Positions 46,450-56,355 are shown, counted from the first letter of the stretch. The stretch: 64,000 bases of DNA from Patescibacteria group bacterium (GCA_028286885.1 JAQBQS010000010.1:19148-83147), one strand, 5' to 3'. Notes: generated by a model not told the origin, from the letters alone. Numbers and translations are program-made.

Positions 46450-46710
46450 ATTTTCGAACAAAATAATGACCGTCGGTGACGACGGATTTGGTTCACAGCG
46501 CTTACAAAGAAAATTCGGCCCGAGTAAAACTATATCAAGTCCTGTACCTTCTTGCAACACAGTATAGCAAAATTAAATACTTTTGTCAAGTATTTCCCTT
46601 GGTATTTCCAAGATTCCTTTTTAAAACCCTGAAAAACCCTTACGTAACAACTATGCAAGTTCATTATGTGTCCGTTCGTTCACATTTTTTCTTTGTGATA
46701 TACTTGGCAT

Positions 46711-47712
46711 ATGAGTTCTGATGTAAACACTTCATCCACACCTTTGTCCCCAAAACAGCTCGACTCCGATTTGCGGCCGGGATCATGGGAAGACTATATC
46801 GGCCAGCATTCTATCAAGGAAAACTTGAAAATTTTACTTGGCGCGGCGCACGGACGGGGACACACGGCTGAACATATTCTCTTTTACGGTCCGCCAGGGC
46901 TTGGCAAAACGACCTTGGCGCATTTGATCGCCAAGGAAACAGGCCGCCAGATGAAAATCACCTCGGGACCCGCCATTGAAAAAGTCGGCGACTTGGCATC
47001 GATTCTCACAAACCTCGCCCCCGGCGACATCGTCTTTATCGACGAGATCCACCGATTAAACAAGATGATCGAGGAAGTCCTCTATCCCGCCATGGAGTCC
47101 GGCGTGCTCGACATCATCATCGGCAAGGGACCGAGCGCGCGAACGATCCAGCTCGAGCTTCCGCCGTTTACCATGGTCGCGGCCACGACGCGCATGGCGC
47201 TTCTCTCGGCGCCGCTTCGCTCGCGATTCTCCGGCGGAACGTTTCGGTTGGAATTTTATACCAACGACGAAGTCGCCGAGATCATCAAGCGGTCAGCGAA
47301 ACGGCTTGGCATTTCCATTCCTGACGATGCCGTCATGCAGATCGCACAGAGATCGCGCTCAACGCCTAGAACGGCAAACTATTTCCTCAAGCGCGTGCGC
47401 GACTACGCGCAGGTGCACGAGATGCCGATCAGTCTCGACAGCGTGAAGAAAGCGCTTGCCTTGATCGGCGTCGACGAAATCGGACTGACGTCCGCCGACA
47501 GGAATGTCTTGGAAATCATTATCCAAAAATTCAACGGCGGCCCGATCGGCATTAAAACCATTTCCGCCGCAACTTCGGAAGAAGAAGCTACGATCGAGGA
47601 AGTCATCGAGCCCTACCTCATCCAAACGGGCCTTCTTGAAAAAACCCCGCAGGGACGCAAGGCCACAAAGAGGGCGTTTGAGCATCTTGGATTTGATTTT
47701 ATTGAAGAATAA
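46711..47712 (+). CDS. ruvB: Holliday junction ATP-dependent DNA helicase RuvB
   Basis: Walker A GPPGLGKTTLA, sensor motifs, and a RuvB C-terminal winged helix. Confidence 0.9.
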   Translation: MSSDVNTSSTPLSPKQLDSDLRPGSWEDYIGQHSIKENLKILLGAAHGRGHTAEHILFYGPPGLGKTTLAHLIAKETGRQMKITSGPAIEKVGDLASILTNLAPGDIVFIDEIHRLNKMIEEVLYPAMESGVLDIIIGKGPSARTIQLELPPFTMVAATTRMALLSAPLRSRFSGGTFRLEFYTNDEVAEIIKRSAKRLGISIPDDAVMQIAQRSRSTPRTANYFLKRVRDYAQVHEMPISLDSVKKALALIGVDEIGLTSADRNVLEIIIQKFNGGPIGIKTISAATSEEEATIEEVIEPYLIQTGLLEKTPQGRKATKRAFEHLGFDFIEE

Positions 47713-47745
47713 AAAACCGTTCCCATTGGAACGGTTTTATTTTTA
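47713..47745 (+). terminator. Rho-independent terminator (aaaaaaccgttcccattggaacggttttatttt)
   Basis: Hairpin followed by a T-run. Confidence 0.8.
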
Positions 47746-47750
47746 CCGAA

Positions 47751-48191
47751 TTATTCGGGCAGCGAAGATATAAAGAATGTGTGATGATTATCCTCTAAGC
47801 TGATTTTTACAGTTGAAGTTCCCGCGGTTGTTTCGAATTTGTATCCGCCTGCGGCAAGTCCCGCTTGGATGGAGTTGGCCACCGAATCAAGTTTCTGACG
47901 AGGGACTATGATGCTCGCATAAACATACGGCGCATCAACCTGGCGACCTGCTTTGTCAAAAGTAGCATTGCTGATCGAGAGGGTCAGCGCCTGCTCTTTA
48001 AATTCGATACCTCTCATGCGAGGGTCGCTTGTTACAGTAACGCCCGGCCAGTTTGCCTTAGTATTTTCAATGACCTCGCTGAGCGTAAGCCGTTTTGCGA
48101 AAAATGGGTTGGTAGAGGCAATCCACCATATGCAGCCAACGAGCAGTCCGCCAGCTATGAAAGAAATAACCGTGCGCGAGATATTTTTCAT
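47751..48191 (-). CDS. Membrane-anchored hypothetical protein (146 aa)
   Basis: N-terminal transmembrane helix. Confidence 0.45.
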   Translation of the reverse strand: MKNISRTVISFIAGGLLVGCIWWIASTNPFFAKRLTLSEVIENTKANWPGVTVTSDPRMRGIEFKEQALTLSISNATFDKAGRQVDAPYVYASIIVPRQKLDSVANSIQAGLAAGGYKFETTAGTSTVKISLEDNHHTFFISSLPE

Positions 48192-48305
48192 CTTGTTTAG
48201 TTTTTGATTGAGAAATTTAATTTTAAATTATCATGCGTTGAATTATTAGTCAAATACTCTTTATGAAGATTATGTTCAGGATTTGGTTTTGATATACTGA
48301 TTTTC

Positions 48306-49358
48306 ATGAACAAAATATTTTTAGGGATACTCCTCTTTGTACCCATAGCCATTGGCGCGAAATTACTTGGCGTGTCGCCGATCGTCGTCTTCATTCTTTC
48401 GGCTCTTGCCATCGTCCCCTTGGCAAAATATATCGGGGAGGCGACCGAAGAGCTTACGGTTTACACGGGTCCGGCCGTCGGAGGGCTTTTGAACGCCACG
48501 TTCGGGAATGCTACCGAGCTTATCATCGCAATCTTCGCCCTTCGGGCAGGGCTGACTGAAGTCGTCAAAGCCTCGCTGACAGGATCCATCATCGGAAACC
48601 TGCTTCTCGTTCTCGGCATGGCAATACTCGCTGGCGGCTGGAAAAGAGAAAAACAGACATTCAACATTCGCGGCGCAAAAACGAGCGCATCAACGCTCCT
48701 GCTCGCCGTTATCGCGCTTGTCATTCCTGCTGTATTTCTTTTAACGTCGCCCGGAATCGGACACCAAACGGTAGAAACGGTGAGCATTATTGTCTCCGTT
48801 TGCATGATCGTCGCATACGTCGCAAACCTGTTTTTTACGCTTCACACCCACAAGCATTGGTATTCGGCCGATGTCGCCGAGGAATCGCATTCCGGCCGTT
48901 GGAGCAAGTCTCGTGCGATCATTACCCTTCTCGTCGCAACCATTGCAGTCGCGTTCATGTCGGAACTCCTTGTCGGGTCGATTGAACCCCTCGTCGCGTC
49001 CCTCGGATGGACGGAACTTTTCGTCGGCGTCATCTTCGTCGCCATCATCGGAAACGCCGCCGAACATGCGTCCGCAATCACGGTTGCCATCAAAAACAAA
49101 ATGGATCTGTCGCTCCAAGTTGCCGTCGGATCCTCGACACAGATCGCCATGTTTGTCGCGCCGCTCTTGGTCCTGATCAGCCTTTTCTTCGCCAAGCCGA
49201 TGGATTTGGTATTCCATACGTTCGAACTTGTCGTCATTATTTTCTCGGTCCTTATTGCCAACTCGATTATCGAAGACGGCGAAAGCCACTGGTTCGAAGG
49301 CGTGCAGCTCCTTATCACCTACGTCATCATCGCAGTCGCATTTTTCTTCCACCCGTAA
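48306..49358 (+). CDS. Ca2+/H+ (cation) antiporter, CaCA family
   Basis: The two alpha-repeats GNATELIIAIFALRAG and GNAAEHASAITVAIKNKMD. Confidence 0.85.
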   Translation: MNKIFLGILLFVPIAIGAKLLGVSPIVVFILSALAIVPLAKYIGEATEELTVYTGPAVGGLLNATFGNATELIIAIFALRAGLTEVVKASLTGSIIGNLLLVLGMAILAGGWKREKQTFNIRGAKTSASTLLLAVIALVIPAVFLLTSPGIGHQTVETVSIIVSVCMIVAYVANLFFTLHTHKHWYSADVAEESHSGRWSKSRAIITLLVATIAVAFMSELLVGSIEPLVASLGWTELFVGVIFVAIIGNAAEHASAITVAIKNKMDLSLQVAVGSSTQIAMFVAPLLVLISLFFAKPMDLVFHTFELVVIIFSVLIANSIIEDGESHWFEGVQLLITYVIIAVAFFFHP

Positions 49359-49376
49359 TTAAATTAGATCAAAATA

Positions 49377-49406
49377 AAAAACCGCATCAACAGATGCGGT
49401 TTTGAA
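49377..49406. terminator. Bidirectional terminator (aaaaaccgcatcaacagatgcggttttg)
   Basis: Hairpin flanked by A and T runs. Confidence 0.75.
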
Positions 49407-49409
49407 AAT

Positions 49410-49682
49410 TCATTTTACGATAAGCTGACCGGCCTTGGCTGTATTGTCCAAGGTTTGTTTTTCTTCCGGCGTGAGGGTGCTGTCCATATAGCGCTTTTGT
49501 TCAGCCGAGATAACGATTGGATGCTTCGTATTCCAGTCGTCTTTTAATTGAGCCTTCTTCAAATCTGTCTGAAGTTTGAGAGTTTCGAGATTAAGCGTGT
49601 TTCCTTCAACACGAAGCTGAGCCATATGGACTGTGAACAAGACCAGTCCGATAAGGACAAAGGGAATTAAGATTTTTTTCAT
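49410..49682 (-). CDS. Small secreted hypothetical protein (90 aa)
   Basis: Signal peptide or transmembrane helix. Confidence 0.4.
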   Translation of the reverse strand: MKKILIPFVLIGLVLFTVHMAQLRVEGNTLNLETLKLQTDLKKAQLKDDWNTKHPIVISAEQKRYMDSTLTPEEKQTLDNTAKAGQLIVK

Positions 49683-49773
49683 ACTTATTAATTATTTGAA
49701 TGTTTTAACAATTTTATTGAATCTATCATATATCTAATTATTGTCAAGAATCCCGTTGCGCTATACTGTCTCC

Positions 49774-50265
49774 ATGAAAATCCTCGGCATCGATCCCGGC
49801 TACGAGCGCTGCGGGATTGCGATCATCGAAAAACAAAACAGGTCCAAGGAAACCGTTGTGTTTTCCACGTGCTTACGAACATCCTCAAAGGATGAGTTTT
49901 CAAAGCGATTGGCTTCGATCGGTTCGGAACTTGAAGCAATTATTGCGGAACATAAGCCCGACACGGCCGCAATCGAGGAGCTCTATTTCGGCAAAAGTTC
50001 GACGACGGGACTCAAGGTTGCCGAAGTCCGCGGCGTGATCCGCTATGTCTTGGAAAAGAATTCCATTCCCTGCACCGAATACCATCCAAGCGCGATCAAA
50101 ATCGCGATCACGGGCTACGGATCCGCAAAAAAAGAAGACATCGCATTCATGATTCCAAAACTGGTGCAGTGCGAAAATGCAAAAAAGCTCGACGACGAGC
50201 TCGATGCGATTGCGGTTGCGATCACCCACGGGACAAATGCAAACCGCCGAGCTTTGACAGGATAG
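49774..50265 (+). CDS. ruvC: Crossover junction endodeoxyribonuclease RuvC
   Basis: MKILGIDPGYERCGIAI with the catalytic Asp in DPG, ...ELYFGKS..., ...DAIAVAITH. An upstream TTGTCA-15-TATACT precedes a near-leaderless ATG. Confidence 0.85.
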   Translation: MKILGIDPGYERCGIAIIEKQNRSKETVVFSTCLRTSSKDEFSKRLASIGSELEAIIAEHKPDTAAIEELYFGKSSTTGLKVAEVRGVIRYVLEKNSIPCTEYHPSAIKIAITGYGSAKKEDIAFMIPKLVQCENAKKLDDELDAIAVAITHGTNANRRALTG

Positions 50266-50412
50266 TGCATCAAGATACCCTTGCTGTGCCGGTTTTTTTA
50301 TCAAAGTAGACAACTTGTCCACATGTGCTAGTATTGCCCTCTTGTACCTGGCAGACTATTTTGCTACAAAGGTATTCATTATCAGTGAATTCAGTAATTT
50401 TAAGAACGAATT

Positions 50413-50595
50413 ATGGATGATTTTCGAGACGACTTGCACATTGAGGATTTTGACGAGAACGGAGACCCCATCATCGCCAAGAAGAAGGCGGTCCTCGGTG
50501 ATGACGACTTCATCGCGGACGACGACCTTCCGGAGGACGCGCTCGACGAGGAGAACCTCGACGTACTTGGGCTTTCTGACGAGGATTTCGGTTAA
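50413..50595 (+). CDS. Small highly acidic protein (60 aa)
   Basis: D/E-rich ORF directly after ruvC. Confidence 0.3.
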   Translation: MDDFRDDLHIEDFDENGDPIIAKKKAVLGDDDFIADDDLPEDALDEENLDVLGLSDEDFG

Positions 50596-50602
50596 TTTAA
50601 AA

Positions 50603-50695
50603 AACAAAAAGAACCGCAATAGTTGCTCTGTGTTTCTGCAGACGCCAAGGCTAGGCTTCGAAACACTTTGCAATCTATTGCGGTTCTTTTTGTTT
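50603..50695. repeat. Large inverted repeat (23-bp arms aaaaacaaaaagaaccgcaatag / ctattgcggttctttttgtttt with a 47-nt loop). Bidirectional terminator or structured element
   Basis: Perfect 23-nt arms between convergent genes. Confidence 0.6.
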
Positions 50696-51915
50696 TAGGT
50701 AGTGATCTTTACAAATTTTCTTTTTCCAATTTTCAAGATGACCGATTCCGAAACTGCATACTTGTCATCTGTTATTTTTTCCTCGACTTCGCCGTTCATG
50801 ATCTTGACCGCGCCTTCGGCAACCAGTCGTCGGAATTCCGTTTTTGATTCCACGAACTTATGTTCGGCGAGAATGTCGGCGAGAAGCTTTCCATTCTCTG
50901 TTTTGACTTCCGGAATTTCATCCGGCAATCCGCCTTTTGAAAACGTGTTTTCCCAATTGATCTGGGCCTTTGCGGCATTCTCGAACGAATGGTAGATCGT
51001 CACGATTTCGCGCGCGAGTCGCTTCTTGAACTCCATCGGATTCTCGCCGTTTTGCATTGCGAACTGCATTTCAAGGATCTCGTCTTGGGAGACGAATGTG
51101 CAGTCGACAAACAGCTGATAGATATTTTCGTCAGGCTGGGCCATGATTCCGCCGAACATCTTGTCGGCGTCCCAGTCGAGGAATATTCCCGTCCCGAGAG
51201 ACTTGGACATCATCTTCTCGCCCGTCTTCGGATTTTCAAGGAGATTCGTGATGAAGACGAACTTTTCCTTGTTGTTGTACCTCTTCTGCAGATGGCGGCC
51301 CGCGAGGGCGTTGAATTTCTGATCGTTCCCGCACATCTCGATGTCGACGTCCATCACCACCGAATCATATCCCTGCATGAGCGGATAAAAGAATTCGTGC
51401 AGATGGATCGGCTTGTTTTCCTCGAGGCGCTTTTCGAACATGTCGCGCTCCATCATTTGCTGGACGGTGAAGTGCGACGCAATCCCGATGACATCCTCGA
51501 ATGTGAGCTTCGCAAGCCAGTCGTGGTTGTAAAGAATTTTTACGGGATTTTCGGGATCTTCAACTTTGATAAGAGGCTTGACTTGGTTGATCCATGTCTT
51601 TGTATTCTCGATGACCTGTTCGCGCGTCAGCTGCACGCGCGTCGCTCCCTTGTCCGTCGGATCCCCGATGCGCGACGTAAAGTCCCCGATGAGAAAAATC
51701 ACTTCGTGGCCGAGCTCGCGGAATTTTTCGAGGATCATGTAATTGGTCGCGTGTCCCAAATGGAGCGATGAGCCCGTCGCGTCCGTTCCGATATAGATGC
51801 GGAGCTTTTTGCCGGAGAGAAGCTCTTTTTTAAGCTCCTCGCGCGTAGGCAGGATTTCCTTGACCGAACGATGCAGGATTTCTTCTATTTTATTTTCGTC
51901 TATGTTGATGGGCAT
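50695..51915 (-). CDS. tyrS: Tyrosyl-tRNA synthetase
   Basis: HIGH-region SLHLGH, KMSKS (KMMSKS), Y/Q/D tyrosine-pocket residues (FYPLMQGYD) and a C-terminal S4-like domain. The true start is MPINIDEN, so the listed ORF is 5'-extended. Confidence 0.85.
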   Translation of the reverse strand: MPINIDENKIEEILHRSVKEILPTREELKKELLSGKKLRIYIGTDATGSSLHLGHATNYMILEKFRELGHEVIFLIGDFTSRIGDPTDKGATRVQLTREQVIENTKTWINQVKPLIKVEDPENPVKILYNHDWLAKLTFEDVIGIASHFTVQQMMERDMFEKRLEENKPIHLHEFFYPLMQGYDSVVMDVDIEMCGNDQKFNALAGRHLQKRYNNKEKFVFITNLLENPKTGEKMMSKSLGTGIFLDWDADKMFGGIMAQPDENIYQLFVDCTFVSQDEILEMQFAMQNGENPMEFKKRLAREIVTIYHSFENAAKAQINWENTFSKGGLPDEIPEVKTENGKLLADILAEHKFVESKTEFRRLVAEGAVKIMNGEVEEKITDDKYAVSESVILKIGKRKFVKITT

Positions 51916-51964
51916 GTATTTTACTCTAGCATAAAACACCTTAGTCTTGTAGTATAAGGCGCAT

Positions 51965-53290
51965 ATGAAACTGAACCCGGAATTCAAGTCCCTGCTTGCC
52001 GAATATGTCGCCCTTAAAAGCATTTCCACCGACCCGGCCTTTGCCAAGGAGATGCTGAAAACGGCGGACTGGCTTTCGACGTACCTCGCAAAGCACGGAT
52101 TCAAGGTGCAATACCTGAAAGGCCCTCGGACCAATCCCGTCGTCCTCGCGGAATATGTCCAAGATCCGAAACTCGAAACCGTCATGGTTTACGGCCACTA
52201 CGACGTGCAGCCCGCGGCAAAAGAGGACGGCTGGAAGAGCGATCCGTTCACGCTTGCCGAACGCGCGGGACGCCTGTACGGGCGCGGCGTTGTCGACAAC
52301 AAGGGCCAAAACTTGATCCATGTCTTTACCGTGTGCGACCTGATCAAGAAAGGAAAAATCTCTTGCAACGTGAAGTTCATGATCGAAGGAAACGAGGAGA
52401 CGGCCAATCCGGACATGGAAGCCCTCGTCAAGAAACACAAGAAGCTTCTGAAAGCTGACACGATCATCGTTTCCGACGGCGAGATCCAAGGAAGCACGCC
52501 GACCATCGAGGCATCGCTTCGCGGAGGATTCAACATGAAAGTTACGGTTACGACCGGAGCCAATAATCTCCATTCGGGACTGGCGGGCGGCGCGGCTCCC
52601 AGCGCTTCGCATGAAACCGCGCGGCTTATCGCAAAATTCTATGACGCGCAAAACCGCGTAGCCGTTCCGGGATTTTATAAAGGAGTTCGGAAGCCTTCCA
52701 AAGAAGAATTGGCCAATACTAAAAAGACGGGCACGGTCGCCGAGCTTAAGAAAACATTCGGCGTAAAAGATTTGGTAACCGAAAAAGGCCTCGATCCATT
52801 TGCGCAAATCGGCCTTCGCCCGACGCTTCAAGTATCCGGAATCAAGTCGGGCTACACGGGACAGGGATATTCGAACATCATTCCGGCATCGGCCGAATTC
52901 CGCATTAACGTTCGCGTAGTAGGCGGTCAGAATCCGATGGAAACGTATGAGCAGATTTCAGCCTTTATCAAAAAATCACTGCCTGCTTATGCCTCTGTCG
53001 TCATTGAACGCACGGAAACCAACGAAGCGGTTGCGATCGATGTCAGCCAGCCGCGGTTCATGACCGTTCGCCAGCTTCTCAAGAAGGCATACGGCAAGGC
53101 GCCTCTTATCAAGTATGTCGGCGGAAGCATTCCGGTCGTATCGGATTTCAAGCATACCCTCGGAGTCGATACTCTCTTGGTATCGCTCGGCAACGACGAC
53201 TGCAACATGCACGGCGTGGACGAGAACTACCGAATCGATTTGATCGAAAAAGGATTGGCGTTCAGCAGCATGTTTTTTGAGAAAAAATAA
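51965..53290 (+). CDS. M20-family metallopeptidase (dipeptidase/deacylase)
   Basis: MVYGHYDVQPA...GRGVVDNKGQ...EGNEE... metal-binding pattern of M20. Confidence 0.8.
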   Translation: MKLNPEFKSLLAEYVALKSISTDPAFAKEMLKTADWLSTYLAKHGFKVQYLKGPRTNPVVLAEYVQDPKLETVMVYGHYDVQPAAKEDGWKSDPFTLAERAGRLYGRGVVDNKGQNLIHVFTVCDLIKKGKISCNVKFMIEGNEETANPDMEALVKKHKKLLKADTIIVSDGEIQGSTPTIEASLRGGFNMKVTVTTGANNLHSGLAGGAAPSASHETARLIAKFYDAQNRVAVPGFYKGVRKPSKEELANTKKTGTVAELKKTFGVKDLVTEKGLDPFAQIGLRPTLQVSGIKSGYTGQGYSNIIPASAEFRINVRVVGGQNPMETYEQISAFIKKSLPAYASVVIERTETNEAVAIDVSQPRFMTVRQLLKKAYGKAPLIKYVGGSIPVVSDFKHTLGVDTLLVSLGNDDCNMHGVDENYRIDLIEKGLAFSSMFFEKK

Positions 53291-53330
53291 AACAATGAAA
53301 AAGCCCCGCATGGTGTCGGGGCTTTTGCCT
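53291..53330 (+). terminator. Rho-independent terminator (aaaaagccccgcatggtgtcggggctttt)
   Basis: Hairpin followed by a T-run. Confidence 0.75.
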
Positions 53331-53346
53331 TGGAAAAAACCAAGGC

Positions 53347-53589
53347 TCAAAGAAAATCTCCGTGGCCGTCGCTGTACGAATTCCAATGGACGTGATTGAT
53401 CCCGTCGGACGCAACGGTATGCTTGGAATAATAACTGGGAAATTCCTCCGGTTCGGCGTCGGGACTCTGGTTATGGACGCCAAACTTCCCGCCGAATTCA
53501 TCTACTCCCCATTTGCGATCGAATCGTTCAACCGGCATCTCATTAGTGTCTTGCTCTTCTTGCATAGCTGTTATTTTTTTAATGAACAA
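53347..53589 (-). CDS. Small hypothetical protein (80 aa)
   Basis: Complete ORF. Weak. Confidence 0.3.
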   Translation of the reverse strand: MFIKKITAMQEEQDTNEMPVERFDRKWGVDEFGGKFGVHNQSPDAEPEEFPSYYSKHTVASDGINHVHWNSYSDGHGDFL

Positions 53590-53792
53590 AAATCAGCCCT
53601 ATCCGGGCTGATTGTTGCCTTGCGAGAAAAGAGAATAAAAACAAATCTACTGTCCCAAAGCAATATCAGCCCACATGTATGCGGAGGCATGGCATCGCTT
53701 AAACCAGACATTTGTTCGTAACATGCAACCAAGATATCACATCCTTCTGAAAAAGGAAATTTTCCTGGCATCGCCAGCCGATTTCTTGTACC

Positions 53793-56354
53793 ATGATCCT
53801 TATGACACACCATCATTCTTTTTCATCAAAAACGCCCGCTAAGAAGGGCTTCTGGCCGTGGGTGCGCTCGCACAAATCCGAAATCTTGTGGGGCATCTTG
53901 AGCATTTTCGTCATTATGGTAGCCGCACTCGTCATCTGGATCGCATTCCTGAAAGTTCCGTCGCTCGACGAGTTCACCGATCGCCAGATTTCAAGCTCGA
54001 CAAAAATTTACGACCGGACCGGAACGATCGTTTTGTACGACGTGCACGACAACGTGAAGCGAACGGTCGTAACAAGCGGCGAGATTGCTCCGATCGCGAA
54101 ACAAGCGATCGTTGCCATCGAGGACAAGGATTTTTACAAACATGGCGGCATCGAACCCAAGGCGATCGTGCGTGCCGCGGCTTCGCAGTTTCTTCCCTTC
54201 GTCAAGAATTCAGGCGGATCGACGATTACGCAGCAGCTCGTAAAGCTGACGCTCCTGACGAACAAACAGAGCATCACGCGAAAATTAAAGGAATGGATTC
54301 TCGCCGTAAAACTTGACCGCATGATGGGCAAGGATGCGATCCTCACAACTTATCTAAACGAGGCGCCTTATGGAGGGACGATTTACGGAATCGAGGAGGC
54401 AAGCGAAGGATTCTTCGGAATCCATGCGGCCGACGTCGACACCGCGCAGGCTGCGTATTTGGCAGCCATTCCGAACCTGCCATCTTATTATTCGCCTTAC
54501 GGCAGCCACAAGGCTCAGCTCGACAACCGAAAAAACCTGGTCTTGAAAAATCTTCTTGACCAAGGATACATCACCGACGAACAATATGCGGCAGCGAAGG
54601 CCGAAGCCGTGACGTTCCGTCCGCAGATTGATACGTCAGGCAAAGCGCTCCACTTCGTCCAATACATCCGCGATTATCTGGCGGCAAAATACGGCGAGGA
54701 TGCGATTGCGAGCGGCCTGAAAGTCACGACAACTCTTGATTGGAATTTGCAGCAGGTTGCCGAGAAAACGATCCACGACAATGCGATCTCAAACGAGAAA
54801 ACGTATGACGCGAGCAACTCCGCACTCGTCGCGATCGATCCGAAAACAGGACAGATCCTTGCCATGGTCGGTTCCCGCGGATATTCCGATCGCGATATCG
54901 ACGGCGCATTCAACGTTGCAACAGCAGGACGACAGCCTGGATCATCGTTTAAGCCGATCGTCTACTCGCGCGCGTTTGAAAAAGGATTCCAACCGGAAAC
55001 GACCGTGTTCGACATTCCGACCCAGTTCGGGCCGTGCGACGCGTTTGACCGATCGAGCGTCTCGCCCTGCTACTCGCCGAGCGATTACGATAACAAGTTC
55101 AAGGGGCCGATCAGTTTGCGCGACGCCTTGGGCCAGTCGCGAAACGTTCCGGCCGTGCAGCTTCTCTCGATGATCGGACTCAACGACGCGCTCGCAACGG
55201 CGAAAAAGCTCGGCATTACGACCCTTGATCGAGATGCATCGCGCTACGGACTCACGCTCGTACTCGGAGGAGGTGAAGTCACCTTGCTCGACATGACGAG
55301 CGTCTACGGAACATTCGCAAACGACGGCGTGCGCAATCCCGACACAGGAATTCTCGAGGTTGATGATGCTAATGGAAACGTCCTTGAAAAGTTCACGCCG
55401 AATTCTGAAACCGTCATGGATGCGAACGCGACGAGAAAACTCGCAAGCGTTCTCTCGGACAATGTCGCGCGAACGCCGCTCTTCGGGGCCAACTCGTTCT
55501 TCTATTTCGGCGGACGACAGGTTGCCGGAAAAACAGGAACGACGAACAACAACAAAGATGCGTGGGTCTTCGGATACACCCCGTCCATTGCGGTCGGCGT
55601 ATGGACCGGAAACAACGACAACACGCCGATGAAGGGAGGATCCTCTATTTCAGGTCCGGCATGGCGCACGTTTATGGATAAGGCTTTGCAAGTATTGCCA
55701 TATGACCGACCGGGAGCCGTTGAAACGTTCCCCACAGCCGACACCGATCCGGATTATGACAAGCTCGCACCGGTCCTGCGCGGATCATGGGCGGGGGGCG
55801 AATCATTTTGGGTAGACACGGTATCGGGCAAGCTTGCGACGGATTTGACGCCGCCCGAAACCAAGAAAGAGTACGTGATTCCGAATCCTCATAACATCCT
55901 GTATTGGATAAACCCCGCAAATCCGAAAGGGTCGCGGCCGTCGGACCCCGCATCGACCAGCAGCCAGTACAACCGATGGGAAGCCGAGTTCCAAAACTAT
56001 CTTGCAAGCCATCCTGAGATCGTTCCGGGATATCCGATGCGTCCGACGGCCTATGACGATATTCATACCGAGGCAAGCAAGCCTATTGTCACTGTTACGA
56101 ACATCAGTTCAGGTTCGACATTCAACATGACGAGCCAAGTGACTGTTCAGACAACTGTTGCGGGATTATACTCGATCCAGAAACTCGACTACTATTTGAA
56201 CGGCGAATTCATCGGAACAAGTTCGAATCCGAATTCATTCAGTTTCGTTCCGGCTGACAACAACGCGGTCACCGGACCAAACGATTTGAAAGTCGTTGCG
56301 ACCGATTCGATTTACAATCGAGGCGAGTATAGCGGAACGATTAATATTCAATAG
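53793..56354 (+). CDS. Class A penicillin-binding protein (PBP1A; GT51 transglycosylase + transpeptidase) with a C-terminal extension
   Basis: GT51 motifs AIVAIEDKDFYKHGG and GGSTITQQLVK; TPase SSFKP (SxxK), SRN, KTGT. Signal-anchor transmembrane helix. Confidence 0.9.
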   Translation: MILMTHHHSFSSKTPAKKGFWPWVRSHKSEILWGILSIFVIMVAALVIWIAFLKVPSLDEFTDRQISSSTKIYDRTGTIVLYDVHDNVKRTVVTSGEIAPIAKQAIVAIEDKDFYKHGGIEPKAIVRAAASQFLPFVKNSGGSTITQQLVKLTLLTNKQSITRKLKEWILAVKLDRMMGKDAILTTYLNEAPYGGTIYGIEEASEGFFGIHAADVDTAQAAYLAAIPNLPSYYSPYGSHKAQLDNRKNLVLKNLLDQGYITDEQYAAAKAEAVTFRPQIDTSGKALHFVQYIRDYLAAKYGEDAIASGLKVTTTLDWNLQQVAEKTIHDNAISNEKTYDASNSALVAIDPKTGQILAMVGSRGYSDRDIDGAFNVATAGRQPGSSFKPIVYSRAFEKGFQPETTVFDIPTQFGPCDAFDRSSVSPCYSPSDYDNKFKGPISLRDALGQSRNVPAVQLLSMIGLNDALATAKKLGITTLDRDASRYGLTLVLGGGEVTLLDMTSVYGTFANDGVRNPDTGILEVDDANGNVLEKFTPNSETVMDANATRKLASVLSDNVARTPLFGANSFFYFGGRQVAGKTGTTNNNKDAWVFGYTPSIAVGVWTGNNDNTPMKGGSSISGPAWRTFMDKALQVLPYDRPGAVETFPTADTDPDYDKLAPVLRGSWAGGESFWVDTVSGKLATDLTPPETKKEYVIPNPHNILYWINPANPKGSRPSDPASTSSQYNRWEAEFQNYLASHPEIVPGYPMRPTAYDDIHTEASKPIVTVTNISSGSTFNMTSQVTVQTTVAGLYSIQKLDYYLNGEFIGTSSNPNSFSFVPADNNAVTGPNDLKVVATDSIYNRGEYSGTINIQ

Positions 56355-56355
56355 G

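Noticed and set aside
46122-46466. 114-aa plus-strand ORF in the gene-free region
   Set aside because: Poor composition. It spans the inverted-repeat-closed structured element and is more likely non-coding.
50989-52831. ORFs 50989-51771 (+) and 51941-52831 (-), plus the 5' extension of the tyrS ORF to 52185
   Set aside because: Antisense to tyrS and to the M20 peptidase. tyrS starts at MPINIDEN (51915), and the extension would overlap the divergent peptidase gene.
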